This document shows positions 1 through 13,641 of a DNA stretch of 64,000 nt, piece after piece; the first letter of the stretch is position 1, and each line of letters begins with the position of its first letter. The stretch lies in NCBI RefSeq assembly GCF_009914755.1, contig NC_060930.1; one strand, given 5' to 3'. The position numbers and the translations under genes were made by a program. The notes beneath the pieces were generated by a model that made no database searches, was not told the origin of the DNA, and saw only the letters and a list, made by a program, of their open reading frames with translations. This DNA is from the human T2T-CHM13v2.0 reference genome, Homo sapiens.

Positions 1-69
1 GAATTTGTTTGGCTTTTGTGGCCATGGTGAGCAGAGGGAGTTAGGATGAAAAGACTTCTATAGTGAAAA

Positions 70-650
70 TTTGTCACTACATGTGGGATACTCTCCATAT
101 TTGAGCTCCCTTCCTCTAGGGAATTTCCCATTTTATGTTACTTGGTGAGAGAGAGAATTCTTCTTCCATAATAAGCTGAAAATGTCAGATGATCACTTTC
201 CTGACTCTGTGACAGGTAGAGCACAGGGCTGTGACCTAGACTCAGCTAACTAGAATTATCCACCTGAAATTTTTAACATGGAGATAGTGAGGCAGGATTG
301 GGAGCATTCCTTTTGGTAGGGATTGGAGAGGGAGTGAAGATAGCAGTTTCAGCAGCAGCCATGCTAGTGTTGGTGTTGTGCTAGATTCAGGTTTGTGGTA
401 GAGGCTGGTGCACTCGTGTTCTGTAGTGGCAGCAGGAATGGTGTCCTCACTCAACTGAGGTGCAATTTTGCAATTTTGCTTGTGATTCTGACTATGCAGC
501 CTTCCTTTATTCTTGGCCATTTCCAATTCACATTCTCCAGGCATTCTTATACTTCATTGTGCTACCCAATTTTCTTTCAGTAATTCTTTTTCTGCTTTAA
601 TTGGCCAGAATTTGTTTCTGTTGCTTGCAATCCATAACTTAAACTGATAC
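70..650 (+). mobile_element. Old MaLR LTR (MLT1-type), boundaries approximate
   Basis: 3' part TTTCTGTTGCTTGCAATCC...AACTGATAC resembles the MLT1 LTR terminus; highly diverged. Confidence 0.4.
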
Positions 651-939
651 GCCAACTATCATTTGTTGAGATCCTACTTTTTGCCCATCAACTTGATAAA
701 CTTTAGTTTGCTTCATCTATTCCTTTCTCTAAAGTGGAAATTATTTCCCCCATTTTATCTTGTAGAAGAACAAACATGAGGCTTAGAGAAGTTAAGTAGT
801 AGAAGAATTTAATTTTCTGTGTTACTTTCAACGTATGCTCTTTATGCAACGTGCTTCAGAAGGAGAAAATATATTTAAAAAGAATCATATACATAATTTG
901 TTTAATCTTTAAAATGTCTTTTATCAGAGACAGGGGTTT

Positions 940-1252
<313 letters not shown>

Positions 1253-1507
1253 AGGGGTTTTCATTTTTTAGAAGTCTTCTGTTTAGCTCCTGGCCAATCG
1301 GTTTTATTGCAGGAATAATGAGCTGATGCTTGTAATTCCAGATCAGGGAAAATTTGAGTTAGTTCGTTTCCTTTTTGGAATTCAGTTTCCTGTGTACAAT
1401 GGAAAAATGTGGTGTTGATTAGATTATCTCTAAAGTTCCTTCCAGTGCTGACATCCTATGAAAGTAATAAAAATGATCCACACATCAAAAACAAAGTTAA
1501 ATACTCC

Positions 1508-1807
1508 TTTTTTTTTTTTTTTTTTTTTGAGACTGAGTCTCACTGTGTCACCCAGGCTGGAGTGTAGTGGCACAATCTCGACTCACTGCAACTTCTGCCT
1601 CCCGGGTTCAAGCGATTCTCCTTGCCTCAGCCTCCTGAGTAGCTGGGATTACAGGTGTGCGCCACCAGGCTCGGCTAATTGTATTTTTAGCAGAGACAGG
1701 GCTTCGCCATGTTGGCCAGACTGGTCTCAAAATCCTGATGGCAGGTAATCTGCCTGCCTCGGCCTCCCCAAGTGCTGGGATTACAGGCGTGAGTACCTGG
1801 CGCTGCC
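1508..1807 (-). mobile_element. AluS
   Basis: Full dimer with poly-T; TSD AAATACTCCT/AAATTCTCCT. Confidence 0.9.
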
Positions 1808-2010
1808 AAATTCTCCTCCTAACTACAACAGAAGTTTCCGCATATTTATTTATCCTGGTATGATATGCCTTCTATGGTCATTACTCTCAAAATACTACAT
1901 GCAAGATATTAGGTAACTTCAGAGTTTAGGCCAATTATTTCTTGCCCTTTGCTTTTAATAAATCAGGGAAGGCCAGTATCCATCTCATAGAGGTACACAT
2001 TTGTTATGTA

Positions 2011-2192
2011 CAGCAGCATTTTTAATGACGGCACTATGGACAGTTTGGACTCCATAATTCTTCATTGTGGGGGCTATCCTGTGCATTGTAGCCCCCACAG
2101 TGAAGCAGCATCCCTGGCCATTACCCACTAGAGGCCGATAACACTGCCCCTCTCCCCCGTATTTTGATGATAATCAAAAATAATGTTTCCAG
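2011..2192 (-). mobile_element. MER20 hAT-Charlie DNA transposon, partial
   Basis: GGGGGCTATCCTGTGCATTGTAG...GCAGCATCCCTGGCC...ACCCACTAGA matches the MER20 reverse complement. Confidence 0.75.
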
Positions 2193-2535
<343 letters not shown>

Positions 2536-4100
2536 GAGAGGGAGTATCCAGCCTAGAGAATCTGAACAAACAATCTACTCCAATCCAAATTCAAATACAA
2601 AGCATATTTCTTGAGATTGCTATCTTTCTTGTGTTGAAAGACTAAAGCTAGATTCTGAGCTCTATTTTGAACACAGTTGCTGGGTGTGTCGTTGAGTTGC
2701 CATACTTGAGAGGCACCCTTGTTCCTTCACTTGGTTCCCTCTTACCCAAAGGAGTCAAGTAATAACAATCATGTAAGGTGTTGTTAAAATCTTTGGAAAA
2801 AAGTACTGCATGCTTCACACTTAGCCTTAAGCTCCAGAGATAAAAACACGAGAGCTTTATACTTGTGGTCCTTAGTCAATGTGTGAAAACTCCAAAAGTC
2901 GGCAGAAAGTGAACTAGAAGCTGAGCAATGGTGGCAGCTCCTGTATTCCTCCTAGCATAATAAAGATGAGACAGGCTTGCCATCTCTAGAAGAGGAACAA
3001 CAAAACATGTATGTCCTTCAAGCATAAAGGCTGTACCTTTGTTTTATATTTTCTCTGCAGTCTGTAAGTATCAACAAGACTTTGCCTGCTATCAAAAAAA
3101 AAAAAATTGACTTTTCAGCTTAACCTAAATAAATAGGTATGTTCTGGGAAAAGACAGATCTTTTATTCTTCAAAACATTCTGAAGCTTTTTATGATCAAA
3201 GTTATTTACATTTATAATGCTAAAATCAAAAAACAACTTAAAACTCCACTAGTTAGAAAGTAGTTAAATTATAGACAGTACTTTTGATGGACTATTATTT
3301 AGACATTTAAGTTTTTATTTATAGAAACTGAAATAATATGCAAAAATATAATAGTGAAAAGAATAAAATGTAAAGTTATGAGTATGTTTACAAACATGAG
3401 AAAATAAAACTTCACAGTGTAAAATATTATAAATAATGCTAGAATTGCAGTAAAGGTATAGAAATGCCATGAAAAAGAAGAAAAAAATTATATAGTGTAA
3501 TTTCAAGGCTCAAAGAAAAAGGAATCCTATGGTCACCAACAAAGGATGAAGAATGGAACTCATCACTGTGCTGCATAACAGAAAAATTTGCTGTTATCAA
3601 TGGCAGATGAGAGGACAGGATTTTGCAGGCATTTTATTTCAAGTAACTGGATATGTATTTACCTTTATAGTAATGCAGAAACATGTGCAATAAGTATTAC
3701 TCTTTGTCTTTTCAAAGCCTAAGCATAGAAAAGAAGAAACTGGAAATGTGATGTTTGACTTTGGGATGTGACTCAAGGTGACAATTCTTCCCTCCTTGCT
3801 GTTTTTTTTTTTTTTTTTTTTTTTTTTTTCCAAATTTTCTTTCATTGAGCATTACTTTGATTGCTAGAAATTCTAAAAATCAAAAAGAAATTCTATTACT
3901 CAACAAAAGAAACAACAAAGTGTTCTGAAAGTCAGAATAGTTACCAAAATCTCTTTACCATTCCTTATCTGTGATAGTTAAAGAAAACAGAGGAAAAACA
4001 ATTATTAAAAAGAATACAAGTCTTTGGAGAAAAGCACACAGAAATCCTTACTCTGGAAATAAAATAAATTGATTATTTGATCAAAGAAACTTTTAGCTTC

Positions 4101-4549
4101 CGTGAAAGGAAAATATCCTGGGCCCCCAAAATCACTAAACTAAAGGTAAAAGCCAAGCTGAGAACTACTTAGGGCAAACCTGCCTCCCATTCTATTCAAA
4201 GTCACCCCTCTGCTCACTAAGATAAATGCCTATCTGATTGCCTCCTTCGGAGAGGATAATCAGAAACTCAAAAGAATGCAACCATTTGTCTCTTATCTAC
4301 CTATGACCTGGAAGCCCCCTCCCTGCTTCAAGTTGTCCCACCTTTCCAGACCAAACCAATGTTCATCTTACATATGTCGATTGATGGCTCATATCTTCCT
4401 AAAATGTATAAAACCAAACTGTGCTCTAACCACCTTAGGCACATGTCATCAGGACCTCCTGAGGCTGCGTCATGGGCGTGTGTCCTCAACCTTGGCAAAA
4501 TAAACTTTCTAAATTAACTGAGACCTGTCTCAGAATTTGGGGGTTCACA
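4101..4549 (+). mobile_element. MER4A-type LTR (5' LTR of MER4 element)
   Basis: GTGAAAGGAAAATATCCTGGGCCCCCAAAATCACT start, AATAAA near 4499, ends TTCACA, followed directly by TTTTGGTAACC internal sequence. Confidence 0.85.
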
Positions 4550-4826
4550 TTTTGGTAACCAAGGAGGGATTCTGAGTGTAGGTGTCCCTCACCTTTGACA
4601 AATCTCCTATGGGTGCTTGGTACCAGCTTCAGCAATCTTTATGACTCAAACCAATAGAACAATTTGCTGAGGCCTGGAAGCATCCCCTCCAGAGAATCCC
4701 TGATCTCCCAAAATTTGGTTGAGAACTAGTTTATTTTGCTGTACAACTTTTTTTTTTTTTTGGAGTTTTACTTGTTTCCAACACAAGGAAGGCAAGTTTT
4801 TCTGCTTCCACTACGATGGTAGGCAG

Positions 4827-5333
4827 TGTTATATATAAAGTTTTGGTGCCGCAAAAGAAATAGCACTCGAATGTAAAATTTTCGTTTAATTCTCAGCAAG
4901 GCAAGGTACTTCTATAGAAGGGTGCACCCTTACAGTTGGAGCAATGGTGAGCGCACACCTGGACAAGGGAGGGGAAGGGGTTCTTATCCCTGATGCACGT
5001 GGCCCCTGCTGTTGTGTCGTTCCCCTATTGGCTAGGGTTAGACAGCACTGGCTAAGCTAATTCTGATTGGCTGGCTAATTTAAAGAGAATGAGGGAGTGA
5101 GTGCTTTGGTGGGAGTCAGGGCAGAGCTGGTAGCAGGTAATTGGAATGAGTTAGGGTGGAGCAGGTGATTGGAATGAGTTAGGGTGGAGCAGGTGATCAA
5201 AATGAGTCAGGGTGGAGTAGGTAATCGAAAAATGTTGCTTTACAAGGAAGTTAAATTTAAAAGTAGAAGGCAAAGAATTGAACATACTGACATATTAATT
5301 ATTTGAAAAGAAATTTAGAACTCATATCTAACA
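4827..5333 (-). mobile_element. LTR10 (LTR10F/A-like) solo LTR, HERV-I group
   Basis: Reverse strand starts TGTTAGATATGAGTTCTAAATTTC; 28-bp internal repeats; 4-bp TSD GCAG at 4823-4826 and 5334-5337. Confidence 0.85.
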
Positions 5334-8329
5334 GCAGGTAACTCCTTTGGGGAGTTTGAGCTTGCTTCCAACGGGAAGAAGAAGTTTTCTTTCCCTGCTT
5401 CTAGGAAGGTAGAGAGCAGTCTTCAGCTTGAGACCCAATCCTAGATAAGTAAGTGAATTGTGGTTTGTCTTGGCTAAAGTTAAGATTAACAACCAGCTGG
5501 TCTTAATTTCTCCTTACCATTAGAGCGCTCAGTAACTATATAAGTTGTGTGATCATTTGTTTTGCTTAACTTTTTTATTTGCTGCTGTTTGTTTCTATTT
5601 TTGTTGTTGTTTTGGTCTTTTTACCACTGGGTTTGATCAGCTCTATCTGACCTGATTAAATCTGAAGGAAGTTCCAAATTACAGGGAACGAGGCCTCTGA
5701 AGTGGCTAAATTCCTACCAAAAAAAAAAAAAAAAAATGGTGGTGTGGTCGGGGGGGAAAAATGGCCAGCAAAAGGGGAAAAAAAAGAGGAAAGATTTTTC
5801 ATTTTGACTACGAAGGGGCTTTATTTACATAACAAGGCCACCTTTTACTAGCCAGATCAAGCTGAAAGAGCAATGGCTATACTTCTGAAATTGCAGCAAT
5901 TTTTCCTAGTTGAAATACGGTAATGACATTTTAAAAGATTTTTTTAAAGCAACTCAGTGGTTAAAAGTCAGCTTAATTAAAAGCTAACATCCAAGATGTG
6001 TGTGTGTGTGTGTGTGCATATGTGTGTGCCCGTATTTAAAAGGCCTTCATGTTTTTGTTTTTGTTTTTCTCCTAAAACCATGTCTCTTTTTGAGCAAAAG
6101 TTGTTTTTTTCTTCCTCAGTTGACTGAATTCTGTTTTCTTCATTTACTTCTGCTGTCTCTCCTTTCTCTTGCACCCTCTGCTGCATAAGGGACTTAAAAT
6201 AGTTTATAATAGCCTGGGGCTCCTTAAAGAAAATGAAGGCACCAGACTCCCTTTTGGGGAGAAACCTGTTTTTCCTTATGGGGAATGTATTTAATTACAG
6301 GGATATATTCTCCTCCAGGGGCGGTCTCCAGTCCTCTCTCAGGAGGGATCGCGCTCTTCTGCCTCATTGCAGTGGCTTCAGGGATGAGAAATTGAGACCC
6401 ACCCAGTGTGACAAATAAACCTGGACTCTCAGCAACGCAGAGAAAAAAAAAGAAACTGGCCAGCAACCTAGCCACATATGTCTCAGTTCTTAAACTGCTT
6501 AATTTTATATTGTGTTAACTGCTTTTTTATTTTTGACTAAAATCATTACCACAAGAGAAGTTACTCTTGGGTTTTAAAGGAAGAGTGTGGTTTAGACACT
6601 TAAAAGTGTCTTTAAAAATTTTTTTTCAAGTGTAAAAGCATCACATGGTCTAACCTCACAATAATTTTCCCTTTTTGAAGATTTACAATTCAGTATGGGC
6701 TCTGCCCAGAGCTTGGAGATCCATAGATAGTCCCTATTTAAATAAGATTGGTCTCCTTATACAATCCTATGATAGATTTCTATAATTTTATGTTTGATTT
6801 TGCATCCACCTTTAATCTTCCTACAGCACCACCAAACTTACTCTTTCTGTACCTTATGATGTAAATTTTGCTATTTGAATTTCACTTGAGTTTTTTACTT
6901 TAACATGCAAATTTAAGGCTATTTAACTGACTACTGCCTAGGGTTGTGAAACAGGTTATCAAGAATACAAAAGTCTCAGATAGGGAAAAATAAAAGGTTT
7001 TTATAAATCTATAAAATGTACTTCTATCGGCATGCCTAATACATTTAGGTATTTATGCATTGCCAACACAATATTTCACTACTGATATAAAAGAGGTCTA
7101 ATTAATTGGCTTAAGAAAATAAAAACACTTGAATCAGATCCTTTATCAGGAAAAAAGAAAAGACTAGTCAAATGCTTTCTTATTTACATAAGCAAAATCT
7201 TTAGTAAATAAGCTAGCTTTAAAATTATTGGTAAAGTAATATTAGAAATGTCTGAAGAATTGCCAGCATACATATTTGTTGCATTTATTAATCAAGCAAT
7301 TTCATACTTATCCCTGCCAAATACTACAAGGTGTCAAAATTGGGCATAGAGGTTACGAAACTATAAACCCGGCCCAAGACAGAATGATCTTTGCTTGTGT
7401 AATTTTTAATAAATAAGACATTGATATTGGTTTAATAAAGATAGCTACATCTTGAATTTAGTAAGATTACCATAACTTCTAATCTTGCAGCTTTAGCTGG
7501 TCTAGTCCACAGATGTAAAAAGTAAAGCAGAGGTTCCTCTTCAAAGACTTTCCTCCCCATTTAATTAGGAATAAATAGTAACTTCTCTTAGAAGCAAAAT
7601 TTATTCAAAGACCTGTGCTAACATTCTTAAATATCTGCTAGCTGTGATAAAGAAATCAATGCACTTTATGCTCTTAGCTCCCACAATTTAGCCTAAATAT
7701 TTGCCCTGACATACTTATACTGGTCCAAGCAAGCATTAGGTCATAGCATATTCCTCTTCCTTATTTGAAGCTGTTTTTACCTTTCTCAGCATTCCACAAG
7801 TTACTTCTTCCTTCCTTTGTTCCCCTCTACCTTTGCCTCTTTTAAAAAGTTCTAAGTTGCTAACCAGTCGGGACAAATACAGAATGTAAGGTCCCATTCC
7901 AGCCAGTGGAAACTGGACACAGCAGTAGGATGGACATGTCAGGTTATAAATAACCCTGTCTCCTTTGTTCGGTGTGCTCTCATGGCAAAACTGCTGGTGA
8001 GTGTATCATTTCTACAGAAAGTATAAAAATGGCCTTGCTGAGTAAATTAAATTTATGTTCAAGTGCTATTTCTTTATGGCACTGGGGAACAAGCATTTCA
8101 AACAATTCGGTGGCAATCCATATGGGGATGTATTCTTCTCCAGGGGCGGTCTCCAGTCCTCTCTCCTGAGGGAGTGTGCTCTTCTGCCTCACTGCGGTGG
8201 CCTCAGGGATGAGAAATTGAGACCCACCCAGTGTGACGAATAAACTCGGACTCTCAGCAACGCAGAGAAAAGAAAAGAAAGAAACTGGCCAGCAAGGTAG
8301 CCACATACCGTGGTGACAACTCCATGCAC

Positions 8330-8530
8330 AGACCAAGGAAGGAGAAGCCGCAGGGGCCAGTAAAGTATTTCCTTGGTGGTCGGGACTAAGGAAAAAGCCA
8401 CAGGACTGTAAAGCATTCCTTGGTTAGGACATACCAAGGAGAGAGAAACCACAGGGGCGGTAAGCATTCCTTAGTTGGGACTAGGGAAAGAAAGCCGCAG
8501 CAGGGCCGTGAAGTATTCCTTAGTCGGGAT
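8330..8530 (+). repeat. About 4 imperfect ~50-bp tandem repeats in the proviral leader
   Basis: Recurrent AAGCCRCAGGGG...GTAAAGYATTCCTTRGT...GGAC. Confidence 0.7.
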
Positions 8531-8542
8531 GTCTTGCAGGTT

Positions 8543-9545
8543 AAAAAGAGGTGAGAAATACCCATGGGGGCGGGGCTTGAACCTCAGAAAGAGGTGAGAA
8601 ATCCCCATGGGGGGGCTGAACTTCAGAAACAGGTGAGAAATCCCCATGAGGTGGGCAGGATGGGGGAGTTAAACCTCAGAAAAAAGTGAGAAATCCCCAT
8701 GGTGGGGGGCGCTGAACCTCAGAAACAGGTGAGGAATCCCAATGTGGGGGGTTGAACCTCAGAAAGAGGTGAGAAAGCCACGTGGAGGGGTTGAACCTCA
8801 GAAAGAGGTGAGAAATCCCCATGAGGGGGGGTTGAACCTCAGAAAGAGGTGAGAAATCCCCATGAGGGGGGATGGAACCTCAGAAAGAGGTGAGAAGTCC
8901 CCATGAGGGGGGGTTGAACCTCAGAAGGAGGTGAGACATCCCCATGGCAGGGAGTTGAGCCTCAGAAAGAGGTCAGAAGTCCCCATGAGGGGGAGTTGAG
9001 CCTCAGAAAGAGGTGAGAAATCGCCATGGTGGGGGTTGAACCTCAGAAAGAGGTGAGAAATCCCCATGGGGGGGGTTGAACCTCAGAAAGAGGTGAGAAA
9101 TCCCCATGACGGGCATTTGAAACTCAGAAAGACGTGAGAAATCCCCACGAGGGGGTTTGAGCCTCAGAAAGAGGTGAGAAATCCCCACGGGGGGGGGGGG
9201 GGGGTTGAGCCTCAGAAAGAGGTGAGAAATCCCCATGGGGGGGTGTTGAGCCTCAGAAAGAGGTGAGAAATCCCCATGGGGGGTGGGGGTTGAGCCTCAG
9301 AAAGAGGTGAGAAATCCCCATGAGGGGCTTTGAACCTCAGAAAGAGGTGAGAAATCCCCATGGGAAGGGGGGGTTGAAGCTCAGAAAGAGGTGAGAAATC
9401 CCCATGAGGGGCTTTGAACCTCAGAAAGAGGTGAGAAATCCCCACGAGAGGGTTTGAACCTTAGAAAGAGGTGAGAAATCCCCATGGGGGGGGTTGAACA
9501 TAAGAAAGAGGTGAGAAATCCCCATGAGTGGGGTTGAACCTCACA
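8543..9545 (+). repeat. Minisatellite/VNTR, ~24 copies of a ~40-bp unit TTGAACCTCAGAAAGAGGTGAGAAATCCCCATG(G)n
   Basis: Counted by eye; length variation lies almost entirely in the G-run. Confidence 0.97.
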
Positions 9546-10884
9546 CAAACCTCCCGTAGTAAGAAAAATATTCAGAACCCCCTTTTCTTTCCCTTTAGGG
9601 GAAGAAACAGTAGCTCCACTCCCGCTGGTCCCTCCCCTAGGGGAAGGGGAAAGAGAGGGGAAAACAGCAGCACAGGTCACTGGCAAAGACAAAGGAAAGA
9701 CCAGCAGAGAGGAAAAAGAAACTAGGAGAGGAATTCAGAGAGAAAGAAAGCAAAAACAGCAAGCACAGCACCAAACAGCAAGGCAGGCATGCCAAGAGTT
9801 AGGTCCCACTCCCCAGCCTGGCTCTATGTGAAAAAGAGGGCAGGGACCAGTGCCAGGGGGAGAGCAGAGGAGGTGAAAGGGGCATAATTCTTGCAATTTG
9901 TGGCAGGCATCTGCCAAGCCTCTGGGCTGGTGACTGCCCGGGGCCCGGACTGCAGCTGCGCAAATCCCACCCACCCCGAGAAACTAAGTAAGAAGAAAGG
10001 AAAAAAGCAAAAAGGGGAATTGGGAGAAAAAAAAATAGGAGAAATAGATGGCAGCATGTGCACAGGGGTGGGGCCCATGCTGTGGCCTGGCCCCGCTGGT
10101 GGCAGGAGTGGGAGAACTCGGGAGGGGAAAGGGAAACGGGATGACACAGAGAGAGAGGAAAATAGAGTGCAAATGATAGAGAAATCAAGGGAAAGAGTAA
10201 GAAAGAGAGAAACTGGAGGAGACAGAAATCAAAGGAAGACACAGAGGGTGAAACTAGGAAAAGAAATAATGTAAAAGGAAGGCAGAAAGTTAAGACATGT
10301 TGAAGATTGTCTGTGAAAGTCATAAGAAATGCTATAAAAGGGAATTTATGCAAGAAATATTGTATAATTTAAATAATTAGGCCTCTTGGATGTAAAATTA
10401 TTTTTAAAAACCCAGATTATGTACAAGGTATGTAAGAAAGATAAAATATACTTTTAATAACAGGATTATAAGGAGGCATAAGAATATGGATTTTTACCTA
10501 CATTAAAAGGTTTAAAAAATTTTGTTTTAAAGGTTTAAACAAGTTTTAAAATGTTAATTGTAAAGGAAATTCTTTGTGTAAACATATTGGCTAAAGCTAA
10601 AGGGGTATCATCCAGTTTTTCTGTGAACTGGACATTAACATAAAAGCACAGTAAATTTTTCTTAAAGCACTAACCTGCTCTTTAACAAAAATTATAAAAA
10701 GTTAAAAAGAGTCTATAAAAGTCTTACCTTATAGTCAGACATTAAAAGTGGAAATAATGACAATAAGATTTTATAAAAATTAAGTTTCACATTAATAGCA
10801 CATTAATATAAAGGTAAAATTTAACTTATCTGGTATAAAATCATACAAAAAACATTGTCAAATATAAAGTGGTGTTTAGCTTTC

Positions 10885-11197
10885 CTTCTTTCTTTTTTTT
10901 TTTTTTTGAGACAGAATCTTACTCTGTCGTCCAGACTGGAGTGCAGTGGTGTGATCTCGGCTCACTGCAAGCTCCACCTCCTGGGTTCCCACCATTCTCC
11001 TGCCTTAGCCTCCTGAGTAGCTGGAACTACAGGTGCCTGCCACCATGCCTGGCTTTTTTTTTTTTTTTTTTTTTTTTTTATTAGAGATGGGGTTTCACTG
11101 TGTTAGCCAGTATGGTCTTGATATCCTGACCTCGTGATCCGCCCGCCTCAGCCTCCCAAAGTGCTGGGATTACAGGTGTGGGCCACCGCACCCAGCC
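10885..11197 (-). mobile_element. AluY-like element inside the provirus, with expanded middle A-rich tract
   Basis: 15-bp TSD TGGTGTTTAGCTTTC at 10870-10884 and 11198-11212. Confidence 0.93.
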
Positions 11198-11544
11198 TGG
11201 TGTTTAGCTTTCTTAAGTCCCAAAAGGCAGCCAGGTAAGTCACAAGGCCCCTCAACCCCAAGGCCACAGTGTGCAGGGGCGGTGAAGGCCACAAGAAGGC
11301 CAAGACATTAAAAGGGAGCAGGGCTGCAGCATGCCCTGGGTGGTGCTGAGCAGGAATGGAGTGGGAGGCATCACCATGGGGCCTCAAGCCCCAGGATATG
11401 CAGCAGAAATTATATACTTAATTTATCTTCCACTTTCCCTTCCCTTGGAACTAAAAGTCTTTTAGTACAGGTACCACCCCTAGAAATCCAGCACACAAGC
11501 ACCAGCCTGAAAACCAAGTCCTTATCAAAACATAGAAAAACCTC

Positions 11545-11650
11545 AAGCCACCCTGGGAAGAACCCTATTTTATGCTGTTAACCACTGAGACTGCCGTCCA
11601 CACAGCCAAGAGAAAAATGGACCCAACATACTCAAGTCAAGAAAACATCC
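11545..11650 (+). pseudogene. Retroviral integrase C-terminal (GPY/F) remnant
   Basis: Translates WEEPYFMLLTTETAVHTAKR..WTQHTQVKK, compare gammaretroviral-type WEGPYxVLLTTxTAV...WxHHxRVK. Confidence 0.75.
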
Positions 11651-11699
11651 TCCTCTCAGAATCATGCATTACTGTACTAGGATCAGGCCCTAAGTTAAA

Positions 11700-13641
11700 G
11701 AAAGCTTAACTTTCATATACCTTCTATATTGCTTCCTTTCCTTTCCTTATTCTGTCACTAGTTCCTTTGTTATTAATATAACTAAGTCTGACACACCTTA
11801 GACCATTGCCTTTAATGCTTGCTCTGTCATACCTTGTGGAAATGTAAAAGATCAATAACAGCTAGCCTTTTTACACAAATATTTATGTCCCAGCCCTCTA
11901 ATTGACACAGTTTCCCCTAGCACTCATTGTTGTAATGACCTAAAGCCAAGATGCTGATTTTCTGCTCCTACGGCCTGGCAACCTTGTAGTAAATGGGACT
12001 CCATCCTTTAAACTACTCAGGAGCAAAGTTGGACTTCCACGAAAAAGATTTGTGCAGATCTAAAACCCCTCATCTATTTCACTAAAACGGCTACCCCTTG
12101 TGACTGTCAGCCGTATCAGTGTAACCCTGTCCTTCTCTGTATCACCACCTCTACCTTAACTAACTCTAGACCTGCCCTTAGTCACTTCTATGGTATGGGG
12201 ATTGACATAAATGGAAAAGACCCCCTAGGTATTTTTAAAATATGCATTATTCCCCCATCTTCCCTTCTTCAGTAGCCTCAGTTCTAGATCCCACACCGGG
12301 TGCTCCTACATCTAATAAAACTAGGGTGCCTATTGTAAAAATAATAGAGCTAAGAGAGACCTTAGCCATCAAGACAAAATATCAAGATGCAAATGCCTGG
12401 TTGGAATGGATTAAATACTCTGTTCACACTTTAAATAAAAGCGATTATTACGCTTGTACGCATGGTAGGCCAGAGGCCCAGATTATCCCCTTTCCACTCA
12501 GATGGTCTCCTCGTCAACCAGATATGGACTGTATGGTGGGTCTTTTTCAGAATCCCACTGCTTGGGATAATCCATCATGCTGAGCTCTCTCTGCAATTTC
12601 CTGAAATTCAACACCCTGCAGGTCAGCCCCTGAGGGCAATCCAGCTTCCACCTCTAAATGCCAAGTTTACTTCATGCATCTCATGGGAGGGGGAAAATTT
12701 GGTGTTCCTTGGAAGCATAAAAGGATGCAAGGAGCTCAAGCCTTTCCAAGAGCTTGCCCATCCATCCATGCTTAGCCATCCCCAAGCAAATGTATGGTGG
12801 TACTGTGGAGGACCTTTACTGGACACCTTGCCAAATAATTGGAGGAGTACTTGGGCTCTAATCCAATTGGCTATCCCCTTCACCCTGGCATTTCATCAAT
12901 CTGAAAAGGTAAAAACAAAACACTGCAGGCCAAAGGAAACTCCTTATGAATCCTTTAATCCTCAGGTTTACATGAATGCTATTAAGGTCCTGTGAGAATG
13001 CCAAATAAGTTTAAAGCACAAAATCAAATAGCTGCAGAATTTAAATCCACGTTGTTCCGGTAGGTAAATAAAAAAAAATTAGACTACATAAACTATATCT
13101 ATTACAATCAGCAATGATTCATAAATTACACTGGGGATGCCATCAAAGAGATAGCTAAGCAATTAGGACCTAGAAATCAGATGGCCTAGAAAAATAGAAT
13201 AGCTTTAAATATAACATTAGCAAAAAAAGTTGTTTGTGTCATAATTAAAACTCAATGTTGTACCTTTGTTCCTAATAATACTGCCCCGACGGAACTATGA
13301 CAAAAGCGCTACAAGGATTAACAGCCCTATCTGATAAACTTGCCAAAAAGTCTAAAATAAATAACCCTTTTTCTAAAATGATGAAACATTGGTTCAGTGG
13401 ATAAAATAAAATTTTAACATCAATTCTCACCTTGTTTGTTCTTGTTATTGGTGTACTTATTCTTGTAGGCTGTTATATTATTCACTGCCTTCAAAGTTTT
13501 ATACAAAAACTTGTCTCTACCACTCTTACAGAGTTAACTCCTAACTCTCCTCCACCCTATTTGGAAAAATTACTTCTCTTAGAAGGACAAACAAAGCAAT
13601 TAAGTCAAAACATATTAAAGAAGTTTGAAGAGGAATTATAA
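11700..13641 (+). pseudogene. Disrupted class I ERV env (SU + TM)
   Basis: ORF pieces 12242-12583, 12462-12995 and 13432-13641; NAWLEWIKYS, WWYCGG, NYIYYNQQ, ISD-like NRIALN, CX6CC (CVIIKTQCC at 13235-13261), hydrophobic TM anchor; multiple stops and frameshifts; start approximate. Confidence 0.9.

Noticed and set aside
8543-9545. Regularly spaced repeat array superficially like CRISPR, with repetitive minus-strand ORFs (MGISHLFLR...)
   Set aside because: Eukaryotic DNA, no unique spacers (only G-run length varies), no cas genes; the ORFs are translations of the repeat
9560-10353. Several overlapping 100-184 aa ORFs
   Set aside because: Low-complexity purine/pyrimidine-skewed ERV leader; no recognisable gag domain
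12242-13641. Possible domesticated syncytin-like env
   Set aside because: Multiple stops and frameshifts, including a stop just before the ISD and a degraded furin site
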